Shown in pieces: positions 38,809 to 51,780 of a DNA stretch of 64,000 nt. Positions within the stretch are counted from its first letter, which is position 1. Each line of letters begins with the position of its first letter. Position numbers and translations under genes: made by a program. Source of the DNA: Lama glama (lineage: Eukaryota); NCBI GenBank assembly GCA_028534125.1, contig CM052817.1, positions 32,986,001 through 33,050,000 of the forward strand, read 5' to 3'. The notes below the pieces were generated by a model. The model did not search any database, was not told the DNA's origin, and was given only the letters and a program-made list of their open reading frames with translations.

Positions 38809-41134
38809 ATGCCATTATACCAGGCCACATTTCCTGTGTCCTGGGAAGAACAGAGCTATCTACTTAGAGTTCTTATTACAGATTAGCATTTACCCAAAGC
38901 AAGAGCAGGAACATTTAAGCTTACAGGAGTTATCAAATTATCTAATTTGACTACACTTATCTTTGGCTATGGGTAAAGACTAAGGACTTAATTTCAGAGA
39001 AAGATGGAAAGAAAAATTTTTAAAGGCTGTTCATTTTAAAACACACATATGTTTTCAGGAGGTTAGAAAATCTTTTGGTAATGTTTTTTTCCCTGTCTCT
39101 CGGGAAATGATGTTATGCTGTGCTTCAAACAGAACTGCCAAGTTTAAGAGGCCATTTTCTGTAAACAGGCCAGCTGGGCCGTAAGTTGCATGAAATGAGG
39201 GACAAGCTACTTCTTCAGAGAGCAGAACAGAACACCACAGGGAGTTGGCGACTGTGCATCCAACAAAATCTCCAGCCATTTGTCTATATCTGGCCACCTT
39301 TAATGATTTAAGAGCTCTCTCTGCCATGTTATCATCAATCAATTATAATGATTGAGCAGCATCTAAAACCCAGAGTTTTTAAAACTCAACTATCCATGAC
39401 CTAAATTTCCTGCTGGTTCTGTTGGCCCCAGGTTAGGCCAGTTTGTCTGTCATCAAGAGAGCCAATAAAAATAATAAAAACAGGTCAACGCTGGGCTTTC
39501 TGAAGCTGTATAAAAATATTCACACTCCTCCAATCAGCGCCAACTCAATGTGTCCACTGTTTGCTTGAGCTCTTGGTAAATTCTGCTCTTAATAACAGAA
39601 TGTCTCATAGAATGTATACATTACCTAAAAACCAATCTTTTGTTTCTGGTTTGCTTGCTTGCTTTTTAATCTGGCTAAGCAACAATTTCTCAACTCTTAG
39701 CAGGCAACTGAAATGATGTCATTTTGCTGACTCCAGCAAAGGAGTGACATTTTGACAAATCAGGGGATATCTAAGAAAATGAAAATATAAATTTTAACTA
39801 TCTTAATGGTGAATGTGATACTTCACTTCCAAGCATGTGACAGAATTTGAATTTCAGGATCCACAGAACAAAGCAAAGACTACCAAATGGGGAGGAAGGA
39901 GAAAAATGTGGTGGAGGCACCCGGAAAAGAGGCTGGCTTAAAGGTTGTCTGTGAAAACCAGGACAGTCAGCTTAAGTACTATTTCAAAACCTTTTGTATC
40001 ACTTGTAAGAAGTAAGGGTAAGAAGTAAGGAGTAAGAGGGAAAGGGTGCCACACTGTCCAAGGCCTTGAGCTCTCTAATGAAAGTGACCAGCAACACGGA
40101 AATTCTATTCAGTAACAAAGCACCATTCCTCACATCTGGGACCTGCCTGTAGAAACCAGTGAGCTCGGTGGAGCTGGGACAGGCCCCAGAAGCATCCCCG
40201 CCAGAATCTCAGCAGGCTGGGCCATCGTATTCAGAAGCAATCCTGGAACACTCGCTGCTGCAGAAAGAGGGAGCTTGGACAAACTCCAGAAGACGCCTCG
40301 GTGCTGGACTGGGGACCCAGAGGCATAATCATGAAGGCAGCCAACTTGACCTGAGTGCTCTCAACAGTCCTTTCTCTGACTTTGCCCCTCCCTTGTCCCC
40401 ACCAAGCACTCAGAACTCACTGGCTTCTTCCCAGCACCAGTAACTGAACCATTCCTCCTCTGAGAAACGAGTGACTGGATGGCTGAACCCTTCCAAGAGA
40501 ATTCTGCCTTTTACGAGAGGAAGAGACAGAATCTAAGAGGAAGTGAGATGACTCTTTATTGATTAAGTTTCTGGTTCATTGGTAGCTTGGCAGTAATTTG
40601 TCATAGAAGGCTTTTCTAGAGTTTCTCAAATCATATTTTACAGAAATCAACTCAAGGATACTTAATATTTTTCCCTCCTCTTTTGCAAATGCACTAGTAT
40701 AGATTCAGAAGGTAAATATCTCATTTCCTTACAGAGACAGTATGAAAGGGTATGAGTTAGGTCCCACTGTACCACTTAAAAGGCATTTAACATCTCTAAG
40801 CTTCAAAGTCTCAGTAAAAAGGAGGATAATATCATATGCCTCACCTCAGACTTTTAGTTCATAGTCAGACTTCTATGGAATATAAATGAGATGAGCATTT
40901 TATAAACTCTAAAGCAGTCTGTACTTGCTTTATTACCACATTTGTTACTATTTTATTACCTCCTGCACCAAAACCATGCTTCTGTTCAGAAGGAGGCCTG
41001 GTATACCAGATGTATTATGTGCTACCAAAGATTCAGCTGTTCATTGCCCTCCACCCCCTGGACTTGGCCACTTGTTGAGTGGAGTGCCTGGGCCATCACT
41101 GCACTGCCTCATCTCTGCACTGCCAACTCTCTCG

Positions 41135-41616
41135 TGAGACAGGAGGGAAAGGAGATAGAGCACAATCCTTAAAAGAATGACATAGCCATTGAGGATACAA
41201 CATGAACTGGTTAGAACCAGCTAGGCCCAAGATGGCAGAATATTTGACTTTCAGTAGAACTTGAGCCTCATTACAGGCTCACTGTAATATATCAGCATGC
41301 CAAATGACACACCCACAGGTACCAAGACAGTCCCAGGCTAACCATAAAAGGCCAAAACATTGGCAGGGTCCAATGCCTGGAAATCTCCACCCCCTTCTCC
41401 AAAACAGAATAACCCTCCTACTCATTAGCATATGAAATTACCCAGCACATAAAAACTAACCACCTCCACAATTCAGAGCTGCCTCTCTTGCCTTCTGAGA
41501 TGGCCCACACTCTGTCTATGGAGTGTGTATCTCCCTGAATAAATCTACTTCCACTTAATTATGGATCACTCTTGAATTCTTTCCTGCATGAGAATAAAAC
41601 CTACTCTCTGGCAATA
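41135..41616 (+). mobile_element. MER41-like ERV1 solo LTR
   Basis: MER41-type blocks occur in order: 'ccaagatggc', 'acacccacaggtaccaagacag', 'ttagcatat', 'cataaaaa', 'ctctgtctatggagt', 'aataaa', 'tgaattctttcctgcatgaga'. Starts TG and ends 'ggcaata'. 4-bp TSD CTCG (41131-41134) and CTCA (41617-41620). Confidence 0.7.
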
Positions 41617-42671
41617 CTCAGACTTCCTAGAGGACAACCTGACACGGCTGTCTCATCCCCACCACAGTGGAGGTCACACAGCAGTGTGCCTACTTCCAAC
41701 CTAACCAGTCCATGGAGGCTCTGGCTTTCCTCACAGCCACCGAGAGGACCCAGAAAACATCGCCTGAAAGAAAGGGCAGTTAACACTCTTGAAATAAACT
41801 TTAAGACCAATGAAAGGCAAGGAGACTGGGAAGAAGTGACATAAATTCTTTACGCAGCTTCTCCCCTACAAACAATCTGCAGCAGCAGTAGTGCTACACA
41901 CAGCGACAACCAACTGTGTTTCTTTGGGAGGCAAAGGCCAGCACAGTAATGAGCCCTCTTGTATTTGTTTTACTTCCTTCCCAGACTTATTTTCCTTTTT
42001 CCCTCACTCTTGCTGCTGTGGGATTCCATATCCTTCCCCCTTTTAAAGCATTATATACATTTTGCCTCAGACTCTGTTTCCTAGGAAAGCAAGGTACAGA
42101 TAACTAGAGAGGCCACAAAGATGAATTAAGTAATAGAAGGTTGATACTCCTGAACTGTTTGAGAGAGAGAGTGCGTGTGTGTTGCAGCTATGAGTGTGTA
42201 CTTGTAAAATTTTTGGAATAGAAAGTCCTTGAGGAAAGGGGAAATCTCTGCCTATATTTATGTAATCAATGAAAAACAAACACTAACCAGTTTGATGAAA
42301 AAAATGATCTAATTTTTATTTTAAGGTTGATGGAGTCTTAGTGCCTGGGAGATTTAGAGTGCAGTGAAATCTACACTCCTTGCTCTGACCAGCACAGCCC
42401 TCCAAGATCAGGCCTGCCCCCCTCCCCACTTTTATCTAGTACCACTCCTCTCCCCATCCCACTCATCCCTCCCTTCCTATAGTCTGCTCCAGCCACACTG
42501 TCACCAGTCAGTTCCTCAGTTACTCCAGGCTGTCCCTGCATTGGAGCCTTTGCACTCCACTTGGAATGGTCTTTTCTAGGTCTTCTCATGGTGGAAATTC
42601 ATTGACTGCTGAGAAAGTTCTGTCTCATCATTCAGGTTTCAGCTTAGCTGTCCACTTCTCAGAGCTGTTTT

Positions 42672-42708
42672 ATTTCTTTTTTCTTTTTTCTTTTTTTATG
42701 CATGTCCT

Positions 42709-42739
<31 letters not shown>

Positions 42740-42880
42740 CTTACTTACTTACTTAGTGGGGGGAGGTCATTAGGTTTATTTATTTAATTTATTTATTCTT
42801 AAGAGGAGATACTGGGGATTGAACCCAGGACCTCATACATGCTAAGCATGTGCTCTATCGCTTGAGATATATCCTACCCC
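42672..42880 (-). mobile_element. tRNA-Ala-derived SINE (Vic-1-like) inserted in an L2 relic
   Basis: Reverse complement of the 11691 head plus 'taaacctaatgacctcccccc' and a (TAAA/TAAG)n tail. TSD CTCAGAGCT(G/C)TTTT at 42658-42671 and 42882-42895. Confidence 0.85.
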
Positions 42881-43184
42881 ACTCAGAGCTCTTTTCTGCT
42901 GTGTAAAGTAGCGTGCCTTCTATCCACTATTGGTCCTAATCACTTTTTAAGCCATTATATTATCTTCACAGCCTCTAGTACTACCTGAAATTTTCTTAAT
43001 TATTTAGTTGCAAAGGTTGTCAATAAGTAATTGTTGGATAAATGAATAAATTCCCTTACTTTGACCTTTCGGGAGTCAGATCTGCCCGTGACCATTTTGA
43101 GTAGAAAACTCAGTGTTGGACAAGTTCTGTCAAGTACATGTTACCCAGGGAAATGACAATGATTCTTCTGGACCCCTGAAGTGT

Positions 43185-43465
43185 CGCTAATCCAAATTGA
43201 GCTGTACTGTAAATGTAAAATATATGCCATATTTTGAAGACTTAGTGTAAAAATTTATAAAAGGATGAATATATCTCATTGGTAATTTTTAATTATATCT
43301 TATTGAGATATAACATTTTGGATATATTTTGTTAAATAAAATACATTGTTAACATTATTTCTCCTCCTTTCTTTATCTTTTGATATAGCTATTAAAAATT
43401 TAAAATTAGATAAGTATCTTACATGGTAGCTCACATTATATTTTTATTGGATAGTTCTGCTCTAG
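43185..43465. mobile_element. MER33-like hAT-Charlie element
   Basis: 'taatccaaattgagctgtactgtaaatgtaaaata...ttttgaagacttagt...gtagctcacattatatttttattggatagttctg'. Confidence 0.7.
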
Positions 43466-43669
43466 AGTCCACTACTTTCACCAAACTTCCAACTTCAAAA
43501 CTAGTACCAGGTATTCAATATTTATTGAATTTAATATAGTATATATCTTCACATTTAATTTTAATCCCTAAAAGTGATATCTTATTATCTTCATTTTACT
43601 GACAAGGAAGCTAGGGTTTAGAGATGGAGTAAATTGCCCAGCAGAGAAAACCAAGTACACAGAACACCC

Positions 43670-44163
43670 AGACCACAGAATAATGACTCCCAAAGATGTC
43701 CAGGTCCTAAACCCCAGAACCTATGGTTATGTTACCTTACTTAATAAAAGGATCTTGAGATGGGGAGATTATCCTGGATTACTCATCTAAGCCCAAAGTA
43801 ATCACAACCTGGATTACTCATCTAAGCCCAAAGTAATCACAAGAGTTCATATAAGAAGGCAAAAGGGTCAAAGTTAGAGAGAAATATATGTGACAACAGA
43901 AGCAGAGGATACAGTAATGCACCCTGAAGATGGAGAAAGGGGCCATGATCCAAGGAATGCAGGCAGCCTCTAGAAACTGGAAAAGGCAGGGAAATGTCTT
44001 CTTTCCTGGAGCCCTCAGAAACAATGCAGTTCTGCCCACATCTTGATTTTAGCTCTGCAAGATCCATTTCAACTTCTGGCATCCAGAACCGCAAGATAAT
44101 AAATTTGTGTTGTTTTAAGCCACTGTGTGCTAATTTGCTATAGCAGCAACAGGAAATTAATAG
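43670..44163 (+). mobile_element. MLT1C/D-like MaLR LTR with an internal perfect 35-bp tandem duplication
   Basis: 'cagaataatgactcccaaagatgtcc...tgagatggggagattatcctggatta...cagcaacaggaaattaata'; paralogous to 33999-34502. Confidence 0.8.
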
Positions 44164-44371
44164 AGAAGGCAATCATTAATGCAGAGTCAGGGATCTGGAA
44201 CCTGCTGAGCATTCTGGATTGCAGCCATGGTTGAGGGATAGTAGTCAGGAAATAGCAATCATGATCCTAACTATGATTTTAGTATATGAATTCACCCCCA
44301 AGGCAAATGAGACATACCTAATAAGCCTATTTTAACAATAAAAAATAAAGCATATTTATGTAACTTTTTTA

Positions 44372-46033
44372 TAAAAGACTTTTTTTAGAGCTGTTTTAGG
44401 TTTACAACAAAATTAAGAGGAAGGTACAGAGATTTCCCATATATCCCCTGCCATGACACATGCATAGTTTTCCCCATTGTCAACATCACTAACCAGAGTG
44501 GTACTTTTTTTCTTAACCAAGAGTGAACCTACACTGACACATCATAATTGCACAAAGTATACAGATTACCTCAGGGTTCACTCTTGGTGTTGTACGTTCT
44601 CTGGGTTTGGATAAACATGTAATGACTTATACCCATCCCTATAATATCATCCAGAGTATTTTCACTGCCCTAAAAATCCTCCGTGTCCTGACTATCCATC
44701 TTTCCCCCAACTCTTTACCTCTATCAACAACTCATCTTTTTATTGTCTCCATAGTTTTGCCTTTCACACGTCATAAAATTGGAATCACACAGTTTGCAAC
44801 ATTTTCAGACCAGCTTCTTTCACATAGTAATATGCATGTAAGTTTTCCCTGTGTCTTTTCATGGTTTGATAGCTCATTATTTTTAGAACTATTTATTATC
44901 ATTATTATTACTATGATTTTGCACAGATTATTTATCCACTCACCTGAAGGACATGTTGGTCATTTCCAAGTTTTGAGTGAAAGCTACTATAAACACTCAT
45001 GTGCAGGCTTTTATATGGACAAAAGTTTTCAACTCCTTTGGGTAAATACCTAGAAGCCTGATTGCTGAATGGCATGACAAAAGTCGGTTTAGTTTTATAA
45101 GAAAGTGCTAAACAGTCTTTCAAAGTAGCTGTACCATTTTGCATTCCCACCAGCAATGAATGAGAATTTTTGTTGCTCCACATCCTTGGTGTTGTCAGTG
45201 TTCTAGATTTTGGCTATTCTAATAGGTGTGTAGTGCTATCTCATCATTGTTTTAATTTACATTTCCCTGATGACATCTGATGTGGAGTATCTTTTCATAT
45301 GCTTATTAAGTAAGCATCTGAATACCTTCTTTGGTGAGGTGTCAGGGCCTTTGCTCCATTTTTTAATTAGGTTTTTGTTTTTGTATTATTGAATTTTAAG
45401 AGTTCTTATAAATTTTGGATAACAGCCCTTTATCAGATGTGCCTTTGGCAAATATTTTCTCCCAGTCTGTGGCCTGTCTTTTAATTCTCTTGGTATTGTC
45501 TTTCACCTAACAGAAGTTTTTAATTTTAATAAAATCCAGTTTATCAATATTTCCTCCATAGATTGTGTCTTTGACATTGTATCTAAGAAGTCATCATCAT
45601 ACCCAAGGTCATCTAGGTTTTCTCCTATTTTATCTTCTAGGAGTTTTATTGTTTCGCACTTTACATTTAGGCCTATGATCTATTTTGTGTTAATTTTTGT
45701 GGAGGTATATGTTCTGGGTCTAGATTCAGTTTTTGGCATGTGGATGTCCAGTTGTTCCAGCAGCGTTTTTTGAAAAGACTGTCTTTGCCACTGACCCTTT
45801 ATCAAAGGTCAATTAACTATATTTATGTGTATCTGTTTCTGGGCTCTCTGTTCTGTTCCATTGATCTATTTGTCTATTCTTTCACCAATACAACCCTATA
45901 TCTTGATTAGTGTAGATTTAAAGTAAGACTTGAAGTCAAGTAGCATCAGTCCTTCAACTTTGTTTTTCTCCTTCAATATTGTGTTGGCTATTCTGGTCTT
46001 CTGTCTCTCCATGTAAATTTTTGAATCAGTTCT
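44372..46033 (-). mobile_element. L1MC1-like element, 3' UTR plus ORF2 end
   Basis: L1MC-type 3' UTR 'ttttagagctgttttaggtttacaacaaaattaagaggaaggtacagagatttccc'. ORF2 remnant RIANTILKEKNKVEGLMLLDFKSYFKSTLIK. Confidence 0.85.
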
Positions 46034-46258
46034 ATAAACATTGGGGTTCATGTATCTTTTCAATTTGGAGTTTTCTCCAGATATATGCCCTGGAGAAATA
46101 TATAGCACAGGGAACTATATTCACTCTCTTGTAGTAACCTACAAAGGAAAAGAATATGAAAATCAATATATGTATATATATGTATGACTAAAGCATTATG
46201 CTTTACACCAGAAACTGACACATTTTAAACTGACTATACTTCCATTAAAAAAAAAAAG
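46034..46258 (+). mobile_element. Short young L1 with an inverted 5' segment
   Basis: 46034-46090 is antisense L1 ('aacattggggttcatgtatc...ccagatatatgccc', compare 63208-63265). 46099-46258 is a sense L1 3' end with poly(A). Confidence 0.75.
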
Positions 46259-46259
46259 A

Positions 46260-46980
46260 AAGAAAGCTATGAGGGGGACTATGCCTAGTCAGATAGTAAA
46301 ACATACCACAAAGCCTTTAAAATTAAAATAATGTGGTACTCACATATTAATAAACAGATGAATGTAACAGAATAAGCAGTCCAGAAACAGACCCAACTAC
46401 ATGTACAATATGTAAATGTGGCATCTCAAATCTCTAGACAAAGAGAATCTTTAATAATAAAGAGTATTGGGGCAACAGGATAGCTGTGTGGAAAAATAAA
46501 ATTGGACGCATTCCTCACACCATACATAAGAATAAATCCAAAAATATAAGAGATCTAATTGTAAAAAATAAAACTATACAAATACTGAAAGAAAACACAT
46601 GAATTTCTTTCTGGTTTAGTGTGGAAAAAGATTTTTGAACTATGACTCAAGTCAAAGGCAGATAAATTTGACAAATCTAACTACATAAAAATTTTAAATT
46701 TGCATGACAAAAAGCACTACAAGCAAAGTCAAAAGACATGACAAGCTGGAATATATGTTCGCAATATATATCACAGACTAGGTATTAATATCCCTGATTA
46801 CTGTAGAACTTTTAAAAATTAAAGAAAAAGTGAACAAAAATCGTACAGAAAAATGGCCCAAAGACATGAATGGACAATTCACAAAAAAGATATAAACATG
46901 ATCCTTAACCATATTAAAAGATGTTCAGTTTCACACACAATATGATAAATGCAAATTAAAATTTCACTGAGATACATTTA
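46260..46980 (+). mobile_element. Ancient L1ME-like ORF2 3' fragment
   Basis: Collinear with 1030-1730, e.g. 'agtccagaa', 'aactatgactcaa', 'aaagacatgaat', 'gatgttca'. Confidence 0.7.
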
Positions 46981-46989
46981 TTGTGCGAA

Positions 46990-47355
46990 TATGGTCAAGT
47001 TCCTAGAGGTAAATATTGTAACACAGTGGGGGCTGCCCTACAACTGGGTCTCCCTGGAGTTTTTAACTCTCAGAGTTAGTTCTTCACACTGAGCCTCCAG
47101 CAGCTTGTCAGTTACAGTCTGGGTCTCCCTCCTTGGCACTGGTCCTTGTGGCAGTTTCCACTGTGAGCCTCTGCTCTGGGAAGCTACAACTCCCTGCATT
47201 TGTCTGTGTGTCGCTTCAATCTCAGGGGTAGCAGTTCACCCTCCTTTCTCTTGCAATACAAGGAGAGCTGCTGATTTTTTTAGTCTGTTTAGCTTTTTGT
47301 TTGTCAGGCTGGAGTGGCAACTTCTAAGTTGTGGAACTAGAAACTGGCAGTCTGT
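46990..47355 (-). mobile_element. Old L1M 5'-region fragment
   Basis: 'gagtttttaactctcag...cacactgagcctccagcagcttgtcagttacagt...ggagtggcaacttctaag...agaaactggcagtc'. Confidence 0.5.
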
Positions 47356-47934
47356 TTATGTGATTTTTATTATCCTGATCAAAAAGTTGTATCATTTAAA
47401 AAAGCCCACATGATATTCTAAGGGAATGCTTTGAAATGCTGAGCAACTCATTCTTTGGAGATACCCAATTAATATTGCTACCTTTGTGCCACAGGTGGCC
47501 ACACAGAAAAGCAGAAAAACAGAGATGTTTAGCCAGACAGATGTTTAGCCATACATGGTTACAAATCCCTGTTTTGCCAAATGCCAAGTAAGTGACCTTG
47601 GACAAGCTACGTTGACATCCAAGGGCTTCAACAGCCACATCTAGAAAGTAAGACCTACTTGAAGAATTATTTTAAAGATAAATATAAAGTACATATATGA
47701 GATGGTGGATGTTAACTAAATGTAGTGTGGTAATCATTTCAAAATATATGGAAATCAAGTCACTATGCTGTACGCCTTAAACTTACACAGTGTTGTATCT
47801 CAATTATATCTCAATACAATTGGGGGGAACAATATAAAAACAATATAGTATGCAAAGCCAATGCTCAGCAAGTGAAATGTATTATTATTATTACTACTAT
47901 CAGTCAGTCTCAAGGCCTTGACCCTTGCTGTCTC

Positions 47935-48275
47935 TTCATGGAACACTTTCCCCTAGATATCTGTGTGGCTGTGCCCTCACCACCTCAGGTCTTACTTAAA
48001 CGCCTTTTGTCAGTGAGCAGCCTGGTAAACTGCAACAGTCCTCACCTAATCCAGATTTACTACATCCCCCTTCTCTGCTGTACATTTCACTACAGAATTT
48101 TCACCATCTACTTACTACATGTTTTATTTACTTACTTTGCTTATTGTCTGTCTCACCTTACTAAAATGCTCAGTTACTGTCTGTATTGTTCATTGCTATA
48201 TCCCCAGTGTCTAAAACGCATATGACACACAGTAGGAACTCAGTTTGTTGAATGAATGGATGACTGAATAAATAA
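47935..48275 (+). mobile_element. L2a 3' end
   Basis: 'ttgttcattgctatatccccagtgtctaaaacgcatatgacacacagtaggaactcagtttgttgaatgaatg'. Confidence 0.8.
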
Positions 48276-48384
48276 AATCTCTGAAATGATGACCCTAAAC
48301 ACAATGATTTTTTTCAAGTCATCTTTTCTCATATACGCTTTTCCTCCTGTAGTCAAAACAAAACAAAACAAAACAAACAAAAAA

Positions 48385-48808
48385 CCCATATAGCATAAAA
48401 TTTGCCATTGTTAAGTGTACAGTTCAGTGGCACTAAGTACATTTCATATTACTGTGCATCCATCACCATCATCCATCTGTAGAACTTTTTCGTCTTCTCA
48501 ACTGAAAACCTATGCCCATTAAACAATAACTCCCAATGCCCCCTCCCCCAGGCTCCAGAAACCACAACCCTACTTTCCGTCTCTAGGAGTTTGTCTACTT
48601 TATATACCTCATATAAGTAAAATCACAAAGTACATACCCTTTTGTGTTTGTCTTATATTTCACTTAACATGATGTCTTCAGTGCTCATGCTAAAGAATAT
48701 TCCATTGTGTGTATATACATTTTTTAATCTATTTATCTGTCTATCGACATTTGTGTTGTTTTCACCTTTTGGCTATTGTGAATAATGCTGTTATGATCAT
48801 TGGTGCAT
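48385..48808 (-). mobile_element. L1MB-type 3' fragment
   Basis: 'aagtgtacagttcagtggcactaagtacatt...caactgaaaacctatgcccattaaacaataactccc...ttttggctattgtgaataatgctg'. Confidence 0.8.
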
Positions 48809-50989
48809 CAATGCACTTTTCATAGAATGTTAAAACAGAATGAGGCCTTAGAGGTCATGACGTCTAATCTCTGCAAATATGCCAATGTCCTTTCTTTGCC
48901 TTAGTGGCAAAAAGAAAAAAAATCTGTGGAGCAAATTAGCTGCTTGAAGAATAGAAATCATCAGTTTGGCACTAGTAATACCTAATATATTTTGCCTTAT
49001 GTTTGTAAAATAGGCCCATTCTATGGAAAGGTACACAGAAAGATATGCAGGCTGGATGACATAATGGAAAGAGAAAATCTGAAGTTACAAGAAAAAAAAT
49101 CATCCAAGACAAACATAAAGTAATTCTCTAGCTTGAAAAAGATAAAGTTCCTGAAAATGAGGGGGGAAAAAAGGATTACGGTGACCTGAAGCAAAATAAA
49201 GTTCTACTCCTGCCCCAGATGGTGCTATATGAACCCAGGAAGCAAGGTGGAGCCCATGCCAAGGCAGCCAGCAATTAAGACTTGGCTTGAAGATAGTAGA
49301 AGGACTAGAGATCACATTCTGAGGATCAGAAGTTGCTGTAGTATTAAAGATGTGGACTAAGAAAGAATTTCCACACTAACCAAATTTGTAACCTAGGTCT
49401 ACATAATATAATCAAACATTTACTGGGAAAGAGCGGGGCGGGAGTGAGTGTGAACAGAAGATACAGAGGAGTTGTGATTTTGTAAAACATTAACTTAATG
49501 GCTTTTACTCTTTATAAGAAAACAAATGTGCTATACTATTAATCAGCTCTTCCTCTGAAAAATCTTTCTAACCTGCTCCATTTAATAATAACTTCTTTGC
49601 TTGAAATTCCTCACCTTCCTTCTCTAGTTGGTAATTCTTACTTATTCTATAGTATCCAATTTATATGTCTTCTCCTCTGTGACATCTTCTCAGACTGGTG
49701 AGATTCTCAGCATCACATAGATGTTCCCTCCTATCCATCCCCATAATACTTTGTATCCTCTTCTAGAACTTAGCCCATGGCACTATAATTATTTGTGTAC
49801 ATGACTTTTCTACTTGGCTATCATGTCCAAGGTACATGTTTCATTTATTTGTGGATTACTATCCCCTGGTAACTAATCCAGCTGGACCTGAATGATGATG
49901 GGGGAAACAGCACTAACTTACAAAGAATGAACAAAATATTTCGCAGGAACACTAATATGACCAAAGTATAAATAACAAGTCAAAGAATTCCAATCTTAAA
50001 ATACAGCCATATTTTTAAGATATCCAGCTGGCCAGTTGCTCCTAGGCATTTACAGATGCTACCTATAATCTGGTAAATAAACCAAGACACTTGATTTGGA
50101 TTTCAATTGTGTTTAAAAATTATGTAAAATTACCTAGTACCCTAGGATAAAGACAGTGCCAATCCTAAGATTTTGCATTAATTACAGTGTCCACCAAAAC
50201 CAAGAGGAAAAAGGAAGAGTTCCTTCCTCAAATGGGACTAATCTCTGAAACATGCAATGTTTACCCTGTGAAAGCATTTCATTATTCAAAATTCGCAAGA
50301 TTAATAATGCCATATGTTTTATTTTCTTAACAACACAGATTATTGGTGGGCTATTATTAAAGGTGGACTACAGTATCCTGGAGTAATACTGGGCTAGATA
50401 CTATCTATGAGAAGCTCTCTTGCTGAAATAATGCATGCACAAAATACAATCATACATAAATGATAATAAACTTACTTTTTAAATTCATTGCTGGCTTGTA
50501 AGAAAGTAAATGAAATCTGTACAGGCAAAAAAACTAAAACATAGTTTTATGTTAAACAGTCAGCTAAAATTAGACTTTGGATAACGAATCAGCAGAAAGC
50601 TGGTGTTGCCTTGGGGAAATTATTGGCTTCCGCATAGGAATCCAGAAATTTGGTCTTGGACCACTTTCAAGGTGAAAGAGCTGAATCTGCACATCCTATG
50701 TTAATTCGGGACACTGAAGCAGGCTAAAGCAGTTGCAGACTGGGAGTGTCCTTAGTGACCCTTAGTTCCAAGGGAGGAGTCTAACCAAATCATCTCTGAA
50801 GGAACACACTCCTGATTTAGGTCTGCAGAATTACCAAAGATTATCCTACCAGCACGTTCATGGGAGAACCTGGTGCTAAACCATTCGTAGACAATTTGTT
50901 TCTGGGTTGGGGATCTCATACGTAGCAGAGCAGCTCTCTTGCTGCGATCTATTGAAAGAGAAGGGTTTGAAACCGCGTAGAGAAGAAAA

Positions 50990-51780
50990 AGGAAAAAAAA
51001 AGTTATCCTACCAGAAATGTGCTCACAACCCAAAACCATAGAACACCCAAGGAAACAAGCCATGGATGATTTAGCACACACAACATTCAGTGGATTCAGA
51101 TCCCAATGACTTCAAGACTGGAGTTACCAATTAAAGAATAGAATCTGATTATATATGTAATGTTCCAAGAAATAAAAGATGATAAAATGTTAAAAAGTGG
51201 GAATAATAGGCTATCAAAAATAACCTTAAGTTTTTGAAAAAAGATAAAACAGAGTTTTTAGAAAGGAAAAATACAGTATTTGAAAATTAAAACTCAAATG
51301 CTGACTTCAAATATTAAAGAGGAAAATAGTGAAGTAGAGGATAAATCTGAAGATATTACCATAACTAGGACAAAGAAATAAAAGACAATAAATCTGAAAA
51401 GAAGGTTGACTAAGAAGGTCTAAAACAGGTTTAACTGGAGTCTCAGAGTGAAAAAAATAAAGAGACAAAATACTAGAATAGAATATATATGAGAATTTTT
51501 CACAACTGAAGAAAAACATAAATCCACAGACACAGAAAATACAATGTACACCAAGTAGGGCAAATGGAAACAGATCCATAGTTAGACATTGGAACAGTAT
51601 AATAAAATTGTTTTAAAAAAATACAAACAGATACACACAAACACAAAACTGAAAAGAAGACAAAGAAAAATGGATTACAGTCAAAGAAACTGACATTACA
51701 GTGACTACAGATGTCTCAATAGTAACAAGAGGCTGGATAAGGAAGAATAAATAATATTGTCGAAGTCCTGAGTATAAGTC
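50990..51780 (+). mobile_element. Ancient L1/HAL1 ORF1-region relic
   Basis: A-rich 'gagaatttttcacaactgaagaaaaacataaatccacagacacagaaaatacaatgtacaccaagtagg...actacagatgtctcaatagtaacaa'. Confidence 0.55.

Noticed and set aside
41135..41655. DNA transposon with TGAGACAG...CTGTCTCA terminal inverted repeats
   Set aside because: The flanks of that pair are not duplicated, whereas the LTR boundary at 41616 gives a 4-bp TSD and LTR-type internal motifs.
47523..47552. Short direct repeats (AGATGTTTAGCCA x2; similar at 40012-40040, 55081-55099, 63606-63652) as an array or CRISPR-like structure
   Set aside because: Only two or three imperfect units with no repeat-spacer periodicity. These are ordinary slippage duplications in eukaryotic DNA.
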